The notes: a model not told the origin generated them from the letters alone. DNA of 63,418 nt, filler included, from Intoshia linei (GCA_001642005.1; 5 parts of 5 records of this genome joined end to end with filler, not necessarily neighbours in it); one strand, 5' to 3'; shown: positions 13,901-35,430, counted from the whole stretch's first letter. Translations and numbers: made by a program.

Positions 13901-16900
13901 AATAATTGAGTAAGTGAATAACTAATGTTAAAATTGTAATTATGAATAAATAATCATCAAACTATTATTTAATGGCAATAATGACATAAGGTCGGTATTA
14001 TACATATATTGTATATAGATGTCATTTTTAATGTTGAATGTGAATATAGTTTATTATAATATGGATTGTTTGAGAATTTTGGTGGCTTAAAATGCTTTTT
14101 TTTAAAAATTTATTTATTATTCATTATATTTATTTACTATTTAGTTAAATGAATTAAAGTTAAAATACATTGCGTCGTGTCACAAAATGAGAAACGAATA
14201 CTTACAAAAAAGTATAAAACAAAAATATCGCCATTTATATTTGAAACAAAAGAAGGAACTATTATTGTTAGTAAAAATTCACAATTTTGAAATGGAAAAT
14301 CAAATTCAATACAATACAAAAATTCAATCATTTATCAATATTGCATTTGAAAAATACACCAAAAAAATATATAAATCCAATGAAGTAACTTTCTGATTGA
14401 TATATTGATATATTAAAAATTATTTTTCATCGGGAATGCGTAGATTTCTCAGGTTGAACTTTGCATTTATATCAACTGGAATAAGCTCTATCAGAATAAT
14501 CTTTCTTTATTTTTTAATTTTCGGACCGTTAATTATTCACATTTTTTGTCACATAAAATATTTCAAAAAAAAAATATAAATACTAAAATGCTTTTTTGAC
14601 CGTTAATTCGTCACTTATTCAAATTGACATTTTTTGTGTGTGTTAACAGGATACAACTGTACCACCTATTTTTTTTTAAATTCTAGGACTGTTTTCATAA
14701 AAAAGGGTAATTTGGGGTTTTGGCCCTGAAGATATAATTTTTTTAAATTTAAATTTATGATAATGTTTATGATTTTAAAATCTTTATCAGCGTATATATA
14801 TTTTTTTAAATTCTTTAACTCGTTTGATTTTCAAAAAAAGGAAAATTGGGCTTTTTGACCCGTAAGATGTGAATTTGGGAGGTTGAAATTTATCCTATTA
14901 TCATCCCGGAAAAAACTGTAATTGAAATGTGGACTTTATACAATTCTAAAACTGGTAGTTATTGAAATAAAATGAAACACACACACAAACAAATATTGCG
15001 TAGAATATTATACATATGTATAAGTAAGGATATTTGTGTGTGTGTTACCGTTTAGTTAAAAAATTATAAGCAAAAATTTTTATATTATAATGAACGGTCC
15101 GATGAAAAAAAGTTTGGTAAAATAGCTCTAGATGGAGTTTGATTATTGTTGTAATATCTATATTTTAGAAATATGACAATATATTCAATGCCAAATTAAT
15201 TATTGATAATTTCAAAGTTGAAAAACGAATTAATGAACGGAGTGGTTTTAAAGACTTTGAAAGTGATCATAATAAAGATATTATTGATATGAAGCAAAAA
15301 TTTGAAAAAGAATTTTATGATGTCAATGTAGGTTTATTGTTTATTTTATTTAAAATTAAAATACTATTGACACACTAAAAGTGATGACATTCCGAAGTCA
15401 TCACTTGATTCTAAAATAATGACTTTTCTGTAAATGTTATTAATTAAAATTTCCAAAATAATGGCAATAAATGTTACTGTTTACTATATATACTATACTA
15501 GGTTGACTGTTATGTACTACGTACAAACAGGACCTAGCTCTGCCGAGGGCAAATTTTTATTATACTTAAAAAATAAATTCAAATTGAAAATCTAACTTAA
15601 ACGTTCTACTATTCACTATTATCAATCCTTTAAATAAGTGGTTCCCAAATTTGTTTCAGGTGGAACCATCATATCACATTACTTTTTACTTAAAAGTGAA
15701 TTATTCCTTCTCAATTTTTTTTGTTATCATTTGCGTAAAGAATTTTCCGAAAAAATGAATTATATAGATTTTCACCCATATTTCTTTATTGGAAATGTGT
15801 AGACGTTCAATACACACTTTTTTGAAATTGTAGATTTACCTTTTTAATTTTTATTTTAATCGAAATATGTGAAAAATATTGGTTGATAATATATTAAAAA
15901 TTATTTTTCATCGAGAATGCGTAGATTTCTAGGATTGAAATTTTGTATTTATATCAACTGGAATAAGCTCTATCAGATTAATTTTTTTTTCAATTTTCGG
16001 ACCGTTAATTATTTCACATTTTTTGTTTTAATAAAATATTTCGGAATATATGAATATTAAAATGCTTTTTTGACCGTGAAGTCGTCACTTATTCGGATTG
16101 AGACCTTTAATTATTTCACATTTTTTGTTTTAATAAAATATTTCGGAAAAAAAATATATGAAAATTAAATGCTTTTTTTGACCGTGAAGTCGTCACTTTT
16201 CAAATTGAAATTTTTTGTGTGTGTTAACAGGATACAATTGTACCACCTGTAAATTTTTTTAAATTCTAGGACTGTTTTCATTAAAAAAAGAAGGGTAATT
16301 TGGGGTCTTGGCTTTGAAGATATAATTTTTTTAAAAACTGTAATTGAAATGTGGACTTTATAAAATTCTAAGACAGATAGTTATTTGAATAAAGTTAAAC
16401 ACACACACACACAAACAAAAATCGCATAGAATATTATATAAGTAAGGATATTACTGCATATTAAGCTCTAAAATGAGAAGTTGTTGGGCGGAAATTTGTA
16501 AATCATATTTTCCTCTATTTTATTTAGTTCCTTCGTCCCGACAGATAATTGTTTTCATGCTTCTCACAAGGAATACATAATTTTTCAATTACTGTATTAC
16601 GGAATTTTTTTTAAATTTATTGATCTATAAATGAAAATATTAATTAATAAAGTCAATAATTTCTTTAAATACTTTATTTCTTTTTTTTTAAAGTACATTT
16701 AGAGCAAAATTGAGTGGTCTTTTTTGATTTCAAAAATTTTAAAATTGATATTGATAACAAACGTAATGACTCATCTTTCTCCGTGGGTTCATTTTTGTTT
16801 AGTCAATAAAATGTTTTTTTGGTATAAGTTAGGTCATACGTAATTAATCCAGATTGTGATTAAGCCCTGTCACCAATCTATCTTATCTGCAAAAATTTAG

Positions 16901-17369
16901 TTTAACCAATAAATTACTGTATGTAAAAATTACTAATATAAAATTAGTGAATGAAAACTAAATAAGTGTATTTATTTTTATATTTACTTATATTTTTCAT
17001 CCAACTATTATTATATTATTTAACATTATAAAATTTATAGACTAAAGCCATGATACGATTACAGAATAGAAAAAAGGAAAACGAAAAAAAATTAAAAATA
17101 GAATTAAAAAACCTTAAAATATACCAAGCAAATCAAATATCTAGTCAACTTAAATATCAACAAACTAAACAGTATCAATTCACTAAAAAAAGGGCACATG
17201 AAAAAAATAATCTATTGGAAACTTTTAATACTGAAATTTATATTATAAATAATGATAACAAGTGAGATTTAAATCAATATATATAAAAATTATTTTTAGA
17301 TTCGCAATAGAAAGCATTCACTCAAAATTTGATTTTATACGTGAAAATAATAAACACACCATTCAATAG
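1938..17369 (+). CDS. TAOK: TAO-family STE20 Ser/Thr kinase (copy A, probably active), about 812 aa, 16 exons
   Basis: Hand-spliced GT-AG exons: 1938-2066, 3515-3549, 3596-3632, 4451-4552, 7254-7299, 7818-7967, 8448-8502, 10895-10992, 11040-11218, 11883-12545, 13034-13168, 13254-13373, 14145-14384, 15169-15327, 17041-17261, 17300-17369 (2439 nt, open). Motifs: [81 protein letters not shown], then [16 protein letters not shown] and K/E-rich coiled-coil-like exons, as in TAO kinases. The 3' exons are less certain than the kinase exons. Confidence 0.88.
2651..3222 (-). mobile_element. Helitron family 5' half
   Basis: Shared interior blocks (GGAATAAGCT.TATCAG, GAGTTTGGGAGGTTGAAAT) and the TAAGTAAGGA terminus. 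Preceded by an oppositely oriented related fragment at ~2445-2650. Confidence 0.75.
3740..3928 (-). mobile_element. Helitron family 5' fragment
   Basis: GATGTGAGTTTGGGAGG..., (CA)n tract and TATAAGTGAGGA terminus. Confidence 0.7.
3946..4335 (-). mobile_element. Buster/hAT deletion derivative (5' TIR plus transposase C-terminus)
   Basis: [27 protein letters not shown]...[17 protein letters not shown] is the hAT dimerisation domain. TIR CAGAGGTTCCCAAA on the minus strand at 4322-4335. Confidence 0.75.
5057..5622 (+). mobile_element. Non-autonomous Helitron, both termini intact
   Basis: A|TCCTTACTTATATAATATG ... hairpin CTGTTTGTAC-GTA-GTACATAACAG (5590-5613) ... CTAG|T. Inserted between A and T with no TSD. 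Confidence 0.85.
5808..6320. mobile_element. Degenerate hAT MITE
   Basis: TAGTGGTTCTCAAC start and GGGGCGATT...AAAGGTTAA end. Interior shared with ~27715-27905. Confidence 0.5.
6702..6955. mobile_element. hAT MITE (empty-site version of the 51821 element)
   Basis: TIRs CAGGGGTGCACAACCT / AGTTTGTGCACCTTG, with degenerate 8-bp TSD TACTAAGA / CTCTAAGA. Confidence 0.75.
8719..9285 (-). mobile_element. Helitron family copy, internally deleted
   Basis: CTAG and hairpin at 8719, shared interior, (CA)n/(GACA)n tract, degenerate 5' end. Confidence 0.8.
11395..11843 (-). mobile_element. Helitron family 5' half
   Basis: Shared interior and the GTAAGTAAGGA terminus, 39 nt upstream of the exon 10 acceptor. 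Confidence 0.75.
14400..15030 (-). mobile_element. Helitron family 5' two-thirds
   Basis: Shared interior and the TAAGTAAGGA terminus. Confidence 0.75.
15498..16448 (-). mobile_element. Non-autonomous Helitron, both termini intact, with internal ~100-bp tandem duplication
   Basis: CTAG at 15498 with the same hairpin, (CA)n tract and TAAGTAAGGA end at 16448, A|T target. The segment at ~16005-16100 is repeated at ~16108-16205. Confidence 0.85.
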
Positions 17370-17649
17370 CCAGATTTTTTTAATAATAATAAATAGTTTA
17401 TTTCGTAATAGTCGTAAATTACGACTCGTAAGTGCAATGCAACATGAATTTTGCGGGATTTGATAAAAACTATGATAAAAAAATCAAGTTAAACAGTGTA
17501 TTAACGTGAACAAATGGACTAATAGTTTTTCTTAGTATAAAATAGTTTAGAAATTAATTTTTTTTAAATATATATATTTTTTTAATTACTCCATACATTT
17601 TATGGCACAGAAGCTACCACTTAAAAATTAATCTAAAATCTTCTGTATA

Positions 17650-17806
17650 CAGTAATACCTCACTATAACGAACCAATGCGCTCCGAGATCTTGTTCGTTA
17701 AGCGGGAGTTTAATTTATATTGACACAATGTAAAAAAGCTTGTAATTTTCGCCCATTTTACTATTTTTTATGTTTTATAATTTGTTCGTTAAGCGAGGTA
17801 TTACTG
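17650..17806. mobile_element. pogo/Tigger-type MITE
   Basis: TA|CAGTAATACCTCACTATAACG ... CGTTAAGCGAGGTATTACTG|TA. Confidence 0.85.
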
Positions 17807-18119
17807 TACTACATTTTAATATTCAATTCTTTTCGATTAGTTCAGTGACTACATTATACTGTATTCTTTACTAAAAACTATCATTTTCTAATAAATTACA
17901 AATTATAAATCAAAAACATTTATTGTCGAAAGTCGAGCTAATTATAATATTTATTTTATAGAATTAATAATATCACTGAGCCTGACAATTTTTACAGATT
18001 TTATATTATTATTAAACATGAGAATGCTTTACATATATAAAAGTTAATGTATGTGTGTTAATTTCTTAGAATTAAAAAAATCCCAATTTCTAATAGATTT
18101 TTCCAGATTCACGTTATAT

Positions 18120-18512
18120 CTCAAATTTTATTTTCAAAAATTGAGTCCTTCAGGATGATACAGCCCTATACAACCATTTCTAAAACCCTGAAACGGTTTC
18201 GGGAAAATTGAAGTAATGAAATAAGTGGGAGAACTGGTCGAAAAAGGTTATCTGATATACTCGACGACAGAAATATTATTAGATTGCACCAAATTCAACC
18301 TCAAATGAGTTTATCCCAATGAAAAAACAATGGACCGTAGATACAAGCAACGGCACAGTTCGTAGTAGGCTGATAGAAAACGGAATAAAATGTTATGCAG
18401 TTAGCAAAAGACCCAGGCTTTCTGTGAAAAAAATGTCTAACCGTTTAAGCTTCTGCTCCGATACCTGTAGTTGGTCAATCGATGCATGGCAAAAGGTCAT
18501 ATTCTCTTTATA
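18120..18512 (+). pseudogene. Tc1-like transposase 5' fragment
   Basis: GRTGRKR..DDRNIIRL, TVRSRLIENGI...KRPRLS...RLSFC...WSIDAWQKVIFS. Truncated just before the first catalytic Asp. Confidence 0.8.
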
Positions 18513-19179
18513 TGTATATTAGGGGTGTGAACGAATTTTTATATCAAAAGTGCACCCTTCCACCATATGAAACATTTCGAAAATATTCACTTTGCACCCA
18601 ATCTTACCTCTCAACTGTTAAAAAAACCCTGGTCATCACCTCTAAAGTTTTGAACAATATATCGCTCACAGTAACTAATATATGACAATTTTCTTAAAAA
18701 TATTATTTTAAATATACAATTTTTTATACAAATAGTTATAAAGATGCAAAAAATTATCGTCTAGCGAATCATGAACGCCGAATTGATAAAAAACCGATTT
18801 CAATGAGAATTCTGAATAAATAAAAAAAAATATAAATTGAAATTAATTGTTATGGAAATAATTATTACTATAAAATGTACTATACAAAATAAATTAAATT
18901 TTGCTCATTATTAGAGGTGGCACAAAACTCAATGAGTTTTGTGTTGAACATGCTCAACTTGCAAAAAATTTTTGAATTAATATTATTAATTATAAATTAA
19001 TTGTTAACTAATTATTTAAATTAAACGGATTAAATTTAAGAATTAAAGCTGATTTGGTCATAATAATGGTTGTGGAGAGGCAGCAGTAGGCCCGGGCTCG
19101 ATGGAAAGTATAGGCCCCTATAAAAATTTTTTTAAAAATGGACCTCTATACATTAATTAATAGTACGTTTATTATCTAA

Positions 19180-20501
19180 AAATTAAAAATAACCATTGGA
19201 AATCGCATTGATTATCGAAATTATGATATACTTAAGAAATTTTTCATCAATACCTATTAATAAATTAAAAAAGTAGGCCCTCATGATTGTAGACACGGGA
19301 TATATGACCCTGTCTGTATTTACTTCAGACCTGTATAAAAATGAAAACGTGTCAACTATCATATCCACTAAAAGCTTTGTAAGTTCTAATGCAATATCCA
19401 GTAGATATATTATCTATTTTCCATTGAAAAATATCGGAAAATGTAGTAGCCTTGGTCATACTACCAAATTCATTAATCAAAAATAAACTATTCAAATATA
19501 ATGTTAAAAACTCAGAAAATAGACGAATTAAGTAGTAGCGGAAAACTTTTACATAAATTTTAATGGGATCGTTATTGTTGCTTTGAAATGAGAAGTAAAC
19601 TAAATCTTCGCATTGTTTTTGATAGGCTCACTCACATACTGGCATGGACATCTAATTTATTCCTTTTTCTTTTTTTTTAATTTGTTATAATAGAAAATCT
19701 AGCCTGACAAAACTATGTTGTAACAAAAGTAATAATTACTTTAAGGGCAATTTCAGTCACAAGTGGATAGATATTAAGCATACTACACCAAAAACCACCA
19801 AATATCACATTTAAAGCTATCATAGTCATATATAATATATTTCCCAAAGGGCCACTAGAAGAATCAAGGGACTATGTAAAAATTTTTATATTTGGGGGCC
19901 AAAGTAAATTATACATTGTAGGGCCCATAAAGAATTTTATATATATTTTAATGTATTAATATATAATTTATTTCGAATACATCAATTCTCTTGTAGTTTT
20001 ATTTAATGACTCACAAAACAGATATTCCTCCTTAATGTTATCATTCACAACATATCTTGCAAACACATCAGTAGATTCGTCTAATTGAAAACTAAATTTT
20101 ACTAGACTTTTTCGAAATTCATCCATAACTTGAAGTTCGATAACTTCTGCTAAATTTTTAATTCTTTTACAAAGGAATTGATTTAAGTGACCCTTTTTGT
20201 TTAACTTTAACCTAAAAAAGTTGAAAATACAAAATTAATTTGATTATTAAATGATTGTGAATAAATTCAATGAGCGTTAATTATTTTAACTTAATTTAAT
20301 AAGTATTAACATTATGAATTATATCTTATATCTAATCTTTTTGTTGATAATAAAACTATCAATTATGTAATTTCACTTAGTTAGAAAAAAAATTAATTAA
20401 TAATTAATTTTTAACTAATTATTTTAATGTAATTAAAAAAAATTGAAAATAACTCTGTGCACCCCAAAAATTGATTATGCACCCCCGGTTAAGAACCACT
20501 G
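19180..20501 (-). mobile_element. Composite Buster/hAT relic
   Basis: TIR GGTTAAGAACCACTG at 20487-20501. The minus strand reads FSFQLDESTDV...IKEEYLF at ~20020-20100. Segments are shared with 31946-32361 and 59484-59794. Confidence 0.65.
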
Positions 20502-21548
20502 CCCTAATGTATATGCTATCATATCTAATATGACTTTTAACTAAAATTAGTTATAATTAGAATTAGTTAAAAATGTACATTTAAATTTATAATTTCATTT
20601 AATTTAATATAATTTAAATGTATAAATGTATGTTTATTATTTTATTTATGTAATAACCTTTCTTTAGAATACATTTGACCGTTTGTCCTAATTTATTTAA
20701 GAAAGTAAGAGGAGTCGAGTTTTAAAAATTCCATATTTCTATTACAGATATTCAAGAATGTTTTATCGCAAATTAATTTTTCAGAAATTAATCCTTATAG
20801 GTCAAAAACTCGAGTTATTTTTTTTTTTAATTTCTAATTACTTCTATAATTATTTAATCTGATTTGGAAATATGATATAAATTGTGGGATAGGTTTTAAA
20901 ATCATAAACATTATCATAAATCTTAACCCTTACGAGATTATTCATTTTTACTAAAATTTACATAACGTTTTCACTTCATAAAAACTTAAATTTGACAAAA
21001 TAAAAGCCAAACTATTTCATAAAATTATTGCGAAAGATTATTCAAAGTGAAAAATTGAAAGTGTCACTAATAAAATACAATACTTTACGTTTTCTCTGAG
21101 CTAAAATTGTTATATAAAATCGTTCTAAAACATTGAGCCTTATTTGAGACTGTATATAGCGAGCAAAATGATTTTTAAAAATATGCAATCTAAGCAATAA
21201 TTTTAGAGCCTTATTATATTTTAATTAATTAATTAATAATACGATAATATTATTCACCATTAAATAAATAGCATATTACATGAAAATAAATAATATTACA
21301 GGAAAATATAGCATATTACCATTATAAAATTATAAACTGAAACGGGATTAATTGTCTATAGAGCAAACTTTAGTAAATAAAGCTTAGTTAACAAAATCAC
21401 TTAAACGCATTCATTATTTTCACAGACCCAAGTTAAAACTGAAATATTAAGATTAATTTTTTACTATATAGATTTTGGACTATCCTAATATATTTTTAAT
21501 ATACATATTATTCATATTTTGTTGTATCATATATGTGTTAATAATTCT

Positions 21549-22300
21549 TTATTGAAAATGTGTAGACGTTTAATGCACATTTTTTTTAAATTGTAGGATC
21601 AATATTTACACTTTCAATTTTTATTTTACTCGTAAATGTTGTTAATCGAAATATTTGAAAAATATTGGTTGATAATATATTAAAAATTATTTTTCACCGG
21701 GAATGCGTGGATTCTGAGTTTGAAATATTGTATTTATATCAACTAAAATAAGCTCTATCAGAATAATTATTTTTTTTAAATTTTCGCACCGTTAATTATT
21801 TGACATTTTTTGTTTTACAATTTTGTTAATAAAATATTTCGAAAAAAAATATATAAAGATTAAAATGCTTTTTTGACCATGAAGGCGTCACTTATTCAGA
21901 TTGAAATTTTTTGTGTGTATTAACAGGATACAACTTTACTACCTGTAAATTTTTTTAAATTCTAGGGCTGTATTCATTAAAAAAAAATGTAATTTGGGGT
22001 TTTGGCCCTGAAGATATATTTTTTTAAATTTAAATTTATGATAATATTTATAATGTTAAAATCCGTATCAGAGTATATATTTTTTTTAAATTCTAAAACT
22101 CGTTTGATTTTAAAAAAAGGACAATTAGAGTTTTTGACCCGTAAGATATGAGTTTGGAAGGTTGAAATTTATCTAATTATCACCCGGAAAAAAATTGTAA
22201 TTGAAATGTGGACTTTATAAATTTCTAAAACTGGTAGTTATTGAAATAAACGGTAACACACACACAAACAAATATTGCAAAGCATATTATGTAAGTAAGG
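21549..22300 (-). mobile_element. Helitron family copy immediately upstream of TAO paralog B
   Basis: Shared interior and GTAAGTAAGG end, about 180 bp before ATG 22482. Confidence 0.75.
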
Positions 22301-22481
22301 GAGGATATTCATAAAAAATTGAAGATTTAGAGTTAGAAAACTGAGATGTTGACACTGCAGTTTAAATAGAAACATAATCGAAACTTTAGTTTATATTATT
22401 TACTTAAATTAATTAATAAACACCACAAATTCCTAGGTTGTAAACATAGACGTAGAATAAAAATATTTATAAACTGTTAAA

Positions 22482-30421
<7,940 letters not shown>

Positions 30422-30609
30422 TTATACTTTGTATGGTTTTGAAGCAGTGTCGTGTAAATTTTTATCTAATTTGAAAAAAGAAGATTTTTGTGATTAATTT
30501 AAGTGGAGACGATTTTAAAACTTTAAAAATATTATACAAAAACGAGACTTTTTCATAAATAAATGACAAAAATTTCTGTTGTAAATTTGAGTTAAGTATA
30601 TACAGTATT

Positions 30610-31260
30610 GGAGTAGATTTCTAGGGTTGACATTTTGTGTCTGTATCAACTCGAATAAGCTGTATCAGAATAATTTTTTTTAATTTCTAGGACCATTAAT
30701 TATTTCAAATTTTTTTTTGTATTCTGTTAATAAAAGTTACCAAAAAAATGAATACCAAAGTGCTTTTTTGGTTGGTGGAAACGTTACTTTTTCAGATTGA
30801 AATTTTTTAAGTATATGAATTTGATATAACGGTATCAGCACTGCTGATTCAGCAGTATCATTATTTTTTAATTTTAGGAAAATTTTCATTTCTTAAAAAA
30901 AGGGTAATATAGGGTTTTAATTGTGAAAATACACTTTTATAAGGTTTCAAGTTATGACAATGTTTGTGGTTTTAAAAACTATCCAATAATTTATATTTTA
31001 AAAAATTTTAAAACTTTTTTTGTTTTTAATATAAAGGGTAATTTTGGGTTTTTACCTTGACAGTGTATGTTTCTGAGACTGAGATTTACGACAATGATAA
31101 TGATGTTAAAACGCGTCGAAGAAGTTGTTTTTTAAATTTTTTGGGTTGATTTTATTTTTAAAAAAAGAAGAAATTGGGGTTTTCACGTTGAAGGACTCAA
31201 TTTCGGACAATGAAATTTCGATACATCACCCGCGAAATACAGTAAGTGTACAAATAATGT
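30610..31260 (-). mobile_element. Older, diverged Helitron-family fragment
   Basis: Degenerate versions of the shared blocks (GTAGATTTCTAGGGTTGA, GAATAAGCTGTATCAG, CAGATTGAAATTTT). Confidence 0.6.
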
Positions 31261-31515
31261 TAAATTTGTAATAATGAAAAAACTGAAAATAAAAAATGTG
31301 TAAAAAATTGTTATAAAAAATAAAAATTTATATAATTGCCGCACATTCCATAATTAGGGGTCGAAAATAGCCGAGAGCCGCATAATTGACACCCCTGATG
31401 TATATATACAAATTATCAAGTATAAAATTAAGTATTTTTAATGATTTATAAATAAAGTACTCATCAAATTATATATAATTATTAACATACAGTGATAATA
31501 ATATAATTGTTAATA

Positions 31516-31845
31516 CAGTAGAAGCCGCTTATTATGATCATATTGGGACAGAGCAGTTTTGATCACTATAAGCGGCTTTTTGAAATGTAGATAACTTTAT
31601 TTGTTTACATATTCGATAAAAGTTATGGATACGAAATATTACATAAAAATACTTGAATAACATCTATTTGGACAAGAAATAATCATCAATTTTAGATTGT
31701 ATTTTATTTTTATGTAATAATTCTTGAATGAAGCGATCATACTCGTAATGCTTTTGAAACATTTTAGATCTTAGTTGTACACCTCGACGCGGTACATTCA
31801 AGGCTTCTTGTAACTCACGATTGGTTACTGGTGTCTCTAAAAATA
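31516..31845 (-). mobile_element. pogo/Tigger element 3' end
   Basis: TA|CAGTAGAAGCCGCTTA TIR. The minus strand reads QSKIDDYF, the PIP-box-like C-terminus typical of pogo transposases. Confidence 0.65.
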
Positions 31846-31945
31846 NNNNNNNNNNNNNNNNNNNNNNNNNNNNNNNNNNNNNNNNNNNNTTAATTAATTA
31901 ANNNNNNNNNNNNNNNNNNNNNNNNNNNNNNNNNNNNNNNNNNNN
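31846..31945. other. Artificial contig/scaffold spacer
   Basis: N44-TTAATTAATTAA-N44, which gives stops in all six frames. Confidence 0.97.
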
Positions 31946-32384
31946 ATATCTATCCATTTGTGACTGAAATTGCCCTTGAAGTAATTATTACTTTTGTTAA
32001 AACAGTTTTATGAGTCTGAATTTTCTATTCTAATAAATTAAAAAAAAAAGGAATAAATTAGATGTCCGTGCCGGCATGCAAGTGAGCCTATCAAAAATAA
32101 TGCTAAGATTTAGCTTACTTCTCATTTTGAAACAATAATAACGATTCGATTAAAACGTATAAATAAATAATTATATATAAATAATAAGTATAAATAAAAT
32201 AAGTATAAATAATTAAAGTGTAAAAATAATTAGCTTTAATTCTTAAATTTTTAACATTTCATTTATAATTATTATTATATTAATTGATTTTTAATCAGGG
32301 TGCACAGTCATTAATATCAATATTTGGAGGTGCATAGGTCAAAAAAGGTTAAGAACCACTGGTTTAATGAAATAATTATATTAC

Positions 32385-34478
32385 CAAGTATCTATAGTGT
32401 GATAAAGACAACAAACGTAAATGTAAAACTTTTGTTATTATGCTATTCATTACGTCTTGAGGTAAATTAGATGCACCAATTGTCAATTCTGTTAAATTAT
32501 TTTGATTCCAATCAGTACTATTTTCAAAATTTTCAGATTTTAAACCTAATATTTGATATTATAGTAATAATGAAAGTTGTCAATAAATAAAATAAACAAT
32601 AAATATGTCTTGAAAATAAATTACTATCAAACCTTACTATTAATAATATAAATCTAATTCAAATAATGTAATAATTTTCTGAAGTATCAGGCTAAAATAT
32701 AAACAAAAATATATACAATGTATTATTAGGGGTACCAAAAAGACACTTTTTTTAAAAGATCGAAAAGGCGCACAATTTTCCAATTTAACGGACCACGAAC
32801 GTTCACTTATTTTCGAAAAATTTTTATCTGAATAGATAGGTGAAAATGTAATTTAATAGGTTAATGCCTTCGCTTCCAATATAAAGTCACTTAATTAAAT
32901 TTATTTTAGCATTTTATATGAGTATTTTTAAATATTTATTTTATTATTACTTATGTACTACTTATGTATGATAACAATAACAAAATATATTTTTATAATT
33001 TTATTTTTTCTGGAATTTATGCTATTTATAACAATTTTTAGGATTGGACTGTTTTTACTTTATTTTTAATATTATACACATTTTGTCTAATAAATTAAAA
33101 AAATGGAATAACAATTGTTTTTAAAATTCTTTATGCAAATTTTAAAAAAAAATTAAGATAGAATAATGCACTTTAAACTGAAAAGTAATGTGATATGACA
33201 ATTCTACCTGAAACAAATTTGGAAACCACTCTCTTAAAGAATTGATAATAGTGAATAGTAAGATTTTTAAGTTAGATTTTCAACGTGAATTTATTTTTTA
33301 AGTATAATAAAAATATTCTCTTGGCAGAGCTAGGTCCTGTTTGTACGTAGTACATAACAGTCAACTTAGTGTTATTATAAATTTCATGAGATAGTTATAC
33401 AGTTTTCGCATAATTAAAAAATATTTTTTATACTTTTCAAATATTCACATCTATTGGAAAACACTGCCATAATGTAATATATTCCAAAATACAAATTATA
33501 TATACAGCAATATTCCAAATGTAAAGATTTTAATTTTTGCAGTTGATTGAATATTTTCGAGATGAACCTTCCTTTAACATTGACGCAATGATTCAGCATT
33601 AAACATTCCAAATTTTGACAATACTGACAAATAACTAGTATATGTTCATCATTTATGGTTAAAAGTGAATAAAAATTCAAAACAATTAAATTTCCAAAAT
33701 ATTTCCTACACAACTGAAATATTCCAATTTGGTCTATAACACTTTCAATCGAGTGATTTATCTTTGAATTTTTGCCTAAATCCATTATTATAATGAAAAA
33801 ATTGTTTATTACATACACGTATTTGTATATTTTAAAAATAAATTTATAGAAAAAATTACTTCCCAAAACAGAGAAAACTTTAAATTTTTTCGTATTTGAT
33901 ATAATTTTTTTTAAAAAAATCGAAATGGGTATAGTATCAAGAGGTAAAAATATAATTAACTTTTCGAGGTTAGAATAAATCCTTCCAATATTAGAAAAGT
34001 CTGCAGTCATTGCATAATTAGAGCATTCAAAGACCAAAATTTTTAAATTTTTACAACATAATGAAACTTGTCTGATAATATCAACCCGAATGAATTCCGC
34101 AGGCAATTCTAAATGTAAAAGATGATTGAAACCGTAGTTAGTTATAATGTTTATAGCTTGAGATTTTGTTACAATTTGCTGCCTCTTTGAATTATTGTAC
34201 AATTTAAATTTACGATGAACGTGGGGCGAAACTGTGTCAGAATTTTCTACTCTATTTGAACTTTCCAAATTTTCTCTGTGACCGGTACGATTTATTTCAT
34301 TTTGCGTAATTGTTCTCAAATCGTGTCCCAAGTTAATAAAACTAATTTTTGAGTACAGTTTACTGGATTTTGTAATCAAATTTCTCCATTTTCTGCATAC
34401 TAAACATAATGTAAATCGTTCAAGTATAGCAATATTGCCAAAAATATTTAATAGTATTGCGTCACTTAATTTATTCAT
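32385..34478 (-). CDS. F-box/leucine-rich repeat (FBXL-type) protein, 3'-partial
   Basis: N-terminal F-box LSDAILLNIFGNIAILERFTLCLVCRKWRNL, followed by Cys-containing LRRs (CQYCQNLECLMLNHCVNVKG, LQKLKSLHLEYC). Exons 34478-33860, 33775-33506, 32545-32385 (CLKSENFENSTDWNQNNLTELTIGASNL...). The last exon ends at a GT donor and the gene runs toward the spacer at 31945. Upstream exons cannot be excluded. Confidence 0.8.
33030..33369 (+). mobile_element. Helitron family 3' end
   Basis: GGCAGAGCTAGGTCCTGTTTGTACGTAGTACATAACAGTCAACTTAG|T, inside an F-box intron. Confidence 0.75.
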
Positions 34479-35430
34479 TTTTTTCAAATGTAATTTAATA
34501 CATGCAATTTAAATGTATTAAAATTGGTTAGTTTCCATCTTTTAGATTTTATTAATTTCATAGTCTAATATTCGGTTGATACAATTTAATTGTAATGTAG
34601 AACTATATAATATTATCTAGTTGGTATTCGCGATTAATGTGTAATAGGTAGGGCAATTTTTTATTGACCTATAGAATAACAAAAAAACTGACCTAAAATT
34701 AAATTTACTGAATTTATCTGATTTTAAAATTTTTGTTTGTTTCTATGGTTAATACCAACTGAATCTACCGTCCCAAAACCTTCCTTTCGTAGGCCTTAAA
34801 TTAAATCAATATAATATTTAATACACCTTAATTTTACTATTTGCATAGGTCCCGATCATACGATGTAACATAATGAACCCGTAACAATGGATATACAATT
34901 ATATACTTTTACTTGTAATAAAGTTCTGTTTAATGTTTATTTAACATTTTTGTATGATTAATTTAAAATGACAAACGCAACTCGAATAGAGAGCGTTAAA
35001 TGTTTTTGATTACAAAATCGTTTTTATATTTTAAAAATACACATATTCAGTAAAAAATTTACGATTTCTTAACCTTTTTTTAAATTCAGCACCCTGTCGT
35101 GAAAAATTTTATGCCTATCAAAATTTTATACCTATATGTATATAATAAATATATATAGTATTTTGATATTATTTGCATATTTACATTTTATATATATTTA
35201 TATATTATTTTGTGTACATTGCACACAAATAAAACGAAGATGTGCTTTATTTTTAACTCTTCAAAAATGTTAAAATTTGAGAATTCACATTTACATAGGA
35301 AATAGAGTACCTGAATTGTTATTAAAAATAGATGACATAGTGTGTGATTTATTCGGATTATATATAATTTTTGGATATAATAAATAGTGTATATTAAAAA
35401 TGGAATTTTAAATCGTTAAACCAATTTAAT

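Noticed and set aside
31890-31901. TTAATTAATTAA as a biological motif
   Set aside because: It is always centred in the N runs, so it is a synthetic six-frame stop linker.
34490-35340. Possible extra 5' exons of the F-box gene or a separate small gene
   Set aside because: Candidate splice sites exist (e.g. ATG 35338 to donor 35310), but no combination I tried gave an open frame into the F-box.
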